DNA of 64,000 nucleotides from Rhynchobatus australiae (taxonomy: Eukaryota), in NCBI GenBank assembly GCA_034780895.1, contig JAUZTB010000042.1, positions 37,719,992 through 37,783,991 on the forward strand, written 5' to 3'. Positions within the stretch are counted from its first letter, which is position 1, and each line of letters opens with the position of its first letter. The translations under genes and the position numbers were made by a program. This document shows positions 60,272 to 64,000 of the stretch, piece after piece. Below the pieces are notes generated by a model. The model saw only the letters and a program-made list of their open reading frames with translations. It was not told the DNA's origin and ran no database searches.

Positions 60272-63200
60272 AATACCATAAGACATGGTAGCAGAGTTAG
60301 GCCACTCGGCCCATCAAGTCTGCTCCGCCATTCGAATCATGGCTGATTTATTTTTCCCTCCCTCTTAATCCCATTCTCCTGACTTCTCCCCGTAAACTTT
60401 GATGCCCTTACTAATCAAGAACCTATCGACTTCCGCTTTAAATATACCCAATGACTTGGCCTCCACAGCCATCTGTGGCAATGAATTTCACAGATTCACC
60501 AGCCTCTGGCTAAAGAAATTCCTCATCTCTGTCCTAGCGGGATGTCCTATTCTGAGGCTGTGCCCCCTGGTCCTAGACTCTCCCACTACCGGAAACATCC
60601 TCTTAACGTCCATTCCATCCAGGCCTTTCAATATTCAGTAGGTTTCAATGAGATCCTCCCCTCATTCTTCTAAACTCCAGTGAGTACAGGCCCAGAGCCT
60701 TCAAATGCTCTTCATACATTAACCCTTTCATTCCTGGGATCATTCTCATAAACCTCCTCTGGACCCTCTCCAATGCCAGCACATCCTTCCTTAGATATGG
60801 GGCCCAAAACTGCTCACAATACTGTAAATGTGGTCTGACCAACACCTCATAAAGCCTCAACATTATATCCTTGCTTTTATACTCTATTCCTCTTGAAATT
60901 AATGCTACCATTGCATTTGCCTTCCTTACTACCGACTCAACCTGCAAGTTGACCTTTAGGGATTCCTGCACTAGGACTCCCAAGTCCCTTTGCACCTCCG
61001 ATTTCTGAATTTGCTCCCAATTTAGAAAATAGTCTATGCCTTTATTCCTTCCACCAAAGTGCATTTCCACATACTTGCCTATGCTGTATTCCATCTGCCA
61101 CTTCTTTACCCATTCTCCCAACCTGTCTAAGTCCTTCTCCAGACTCCTTGCTTCCTCAACACCACCTGCCCCTCCACCTATCTTTGTATTATCAGCAAAC
61201 CTGGCCACAAAGCCATCAATTTCGTCATATACAGATTTATATCATATAACATATAATGTGAAAAGTAGTGGACCCAACACCAACAGCTGAGGAACACCAC
61301 TAGTCACTGGCAGCCAACCAAAACAGGCCCCCTTTATTCCCAATCTTTGCCTTTTGCCAGTCAGCCAATCTTCTATCCATGCTGGTACCTTTCCTGTAGT
61401 ACCATGGGCTCCTATCTTGTTTAGCAACCTCATGTGCGACACCTTGTCAAAGGCCTTCTGAAAATCCAGGCAAACAACATCCACTGACTCTTCTTTGTCT
61501 ATCCTGCCTGTTACTTTCTCAAAGAATTCCAACAGATTTGTCAGGCAAGATTTCCCCTCATTGAAACCATGCTGACTTTGGCCTATTTTATCATGTGCTT
61601 CCAAGTAACCCGAAACCTCATCCTTAATAGTGAACTCTAACATCTTACCAACCACTGAAGTCAGGTTAACCGGCCTATAATCTCCTGTCTTTTGCCTCCC
61701 TCCTTTCTTAAACAGTGAATTGACATTTGTGATTTTCCAGTCCTCTGGAACCATTCCTGAATCCAGTGATTCTTGAAAGATCACTACTAATGCCTCCACA
61801 ATCTCCTTAGCTACCTCTTTCAATACTCTGGGGTGTAGTCCATCTGATCCAGGTGACTTATCTACCTTCAGACCTTTCAGCTTACCAAGCACCTTCTCCT
61901 TAGTAATATCAACTACACTCACTTCTGCCCCCTGACTGCCTTGAATTTCTGGCATATTGCTGGTGTCTTCCACAGTGAAGACTGATGCAAAATTCAGTCC
62001 GTCCACCATTTTTTTTGTTCCCCATTACTACCTCTCCAGCGTCATTTCCAGTAGTCTGACATCTGCTCTTTTAATCTTTATATATCTGAAAAAAAACATT
62101 TGGTATCCTCTTTTATATTATTGGCTAGCTTACCTTCATATTTCATCTCTTCTCCCCTTATTGCTTTTTTAGTTGCCTCCTATTGGTTTTTAAAAGCTTC
62201 CCAATCCTCTAGCTTCCCACTAGTTTTTGCAATATTGTGTGCCCTCTCTTTTGCTCTTACGCTGACTTTGACTTCCCTTATCAGCCACAGTTGCCTCATC
62301 CTCCCCTTAGAATCCTTCTTCTTGTTTAGGATGAGCTGATCCTGTGTCTTCTGAAATACTCCCAGAAACTCCTACCATTGCTGCTCTACCGCCATCTCTG
62401 CTGGGGCCCCCTTCCAATCAACTTTGGTCAGCTTCTCTCTTATGCCTCTGTAGCTACCTTCAGTCATCTGTAATACTGATGCATCCAATTTTATCTTCTC
62501 CCTCTCAAACTGCAGGGTGAATTCTATCATATTATGATCACTACCTCCTAAGGGTTCCTTTACCTTAAGTTCCCTAATCAAATCTGGTTCATTACACAAC
62601 ACCAAATCCAGAATTGTCTTTTCCCTAATGGGCTCAACCACAAGCTGCTCTAAAAATCCATCTCATAGGTATTTTACAAATTCTCTGCCTTGGGATCCAG
62701 TACCAATCTACCTGCAAATTTCCCCAATCTACCTGCATATTGAAATCCCCCATGATCACCCTGCCCTTTTTACATGCCTTTTCTTTCTCCTGTTGCAGGC
62801 TGCCCCCAGAACACTACGCAAAAGATGCATTTCACTGTGTGTTTCAATGTACATGTGACTAATAAAGATATGTTATCCCTTATAATTTGTACCCTGCATC
62901 CTGGCTACGATTCGGAGGTCTGTATATAACTCCCATCAGCGTTTTTTTACCCTTGCAGTTTCTTAACTTCACCCACAAGGATTCAACATCTTCTGATCCT
63001 ACGTCATTTCTTGCTAAGGATTTGATTTTACTTTTAACCAACAGAGCCATCCTGACCCTCTGCCTACCTGCCTGTCTTTTCAATAGGATATGTATCCTTG
63101 GATGTTTAGCTTCTGGCTGTGATCTTTCAACTATGACTCTGTGATACCCACATCATACCTGCCAGTTTCTAACTGCACTATAAGCTCATCTACCTTATTT

Positions 63201-63702
63201 CATATACTGTGTGCATTCAAATATAACACTTTCAGTCAAGTATTCACCACCCTTTTCAAATTTGTCTCCATATTGCCTGAAGTTAAATTCTTATCCCTTT
63301 CTAAACTTTGTCTTGTTCTTTGTTCTGGATACTTCAGTAACCTCTCCTGCACTCTGCTTTCCTTTTACTTTATCCATACTTTTCCAAATGTAGAAACCCC
63401 CCACCCCCCACTATTTAGTTTGAAGTCCTCTCCACAGTCCTACTTATGCGATTTGCCAGGACCCTGGTTCCAGCATAGTTCAGGTGGAGCCTGTCCCACC
63501 GGAACAGCTCCCTCCTTTTCTAATACTGGTGCCAATGTCCCACGAATTCAAACCCACTTCTCTTACATTGGTCTTTGAGCATTTAACTCTCTAATCTTAT
63601 TGACCCTGAGCCAATTTGCATGTGGCTCAGGTAGCAATCCAGGGATTATTACCTTTTTGGATTTGCTTTCTAATTTAGTCCCTGGCTGCTGAAATTCCCT
63701 CC
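60272..63702 (-). mobile_element. Near-full-length CR1 LINE (ORF1 esterase C-terminus, ORF2 APE + RT), inactivated
   Basis: ORF1 RELFRWDRLHLNYAGTRVLANRI (SGNH-esterase DxxH); APE VESLWVKL...GVIYRPP and ILDLVL...LGGSDHNMI; RT DYRPVNLTSVVGK, LDFQKAFDKV, GVPQ, RFADNTKI; VRPHLQYCEQFW. Frameshifts and stops split it into several ORFs. Confidence 0.95.
62794..62877 (+). mobile_element. 5'-truncated V-SINE tail nested in the CR1 endonuclease region
   Basis: GCAGGCTGCCCCCAGAACACTACGCAAAAGATGCATTTCACTGTGTGTTTCAATGTACATGTGACTAATAAAGAT matches the tails of 19055-19135 and 20183-20255. Confidence 0.9.
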
Positions 63703-64000
63703 CTTAAAGATAAGGAATATTGAAAGATAAGGAAATACATACTTTTAACCATGGACTCTGCAAACTGTTTTAAAATATTGGTGAAGGAGTGCTCAAGTCC
63801 TCCTGGACTTTGACTCCCTTTTATGTACATACTTTTACATGCCTCATTATTGTTGAATGAATTTTTCAGATTTTTCTGTCAATGAAAGGAGTGAGCTTTT
63901 GCAATTGTTTTGCATGTGCAGTATATGGACTGAATAGCTTCATGTTTATATTCTTGGTTATCTTAGTATGTCATCAAATTTAATTCTGTTCACATTGATT

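Noticed and set aside
60645-63083. RT and endonuclease ORFs as a host gene, retron or active element
   Set aside because: They are fragments of one CR1 ORF2 broken by frameshifts, stops and a SINE insertion, and the catalytic FADD reads FADN.

Overview
This is vertebrate genomic DNA, not prokaryotic. The repeat content (V-SINEs, Deu-domain SINEs, CR1, L2, Rex1-like and Penelope relics) suggests a cartilaginous fish, probably a ray-like batoid; that assignment is an inference. The window holds the whole coding span of one gene, LRIG3, on the minus strand (ATG at 47835, stop at 39-41). It has 19 coding exons and encodes about 1,100 aa: signal peptide, LRR array, LRRCT, 3 Ig domains, TM helix and cytoplasmic tail. 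I traced the exons by hand with GT-AG boundaries and consistent phases; the 5' part of exon 16 lies in an N gap. Upstream are a CpG-rich promoter with divergently oriented ZNF143/THAP11-type motifs, then about 16 kb of repeat-rich DNA. That region includes Penelope relics, a decayed Harbinger-type transposase and a near-full-length CR1. Most ORFs in the supplied track are spurious. I found no convincing new biological system. The best leads are a possible divergent spliced transcript or recent ~2 kb insertion beside the promoter, V-SINE tail swapping, monomer arrays tied to CR1 5' ends, and tandem splice sites on exon 18.
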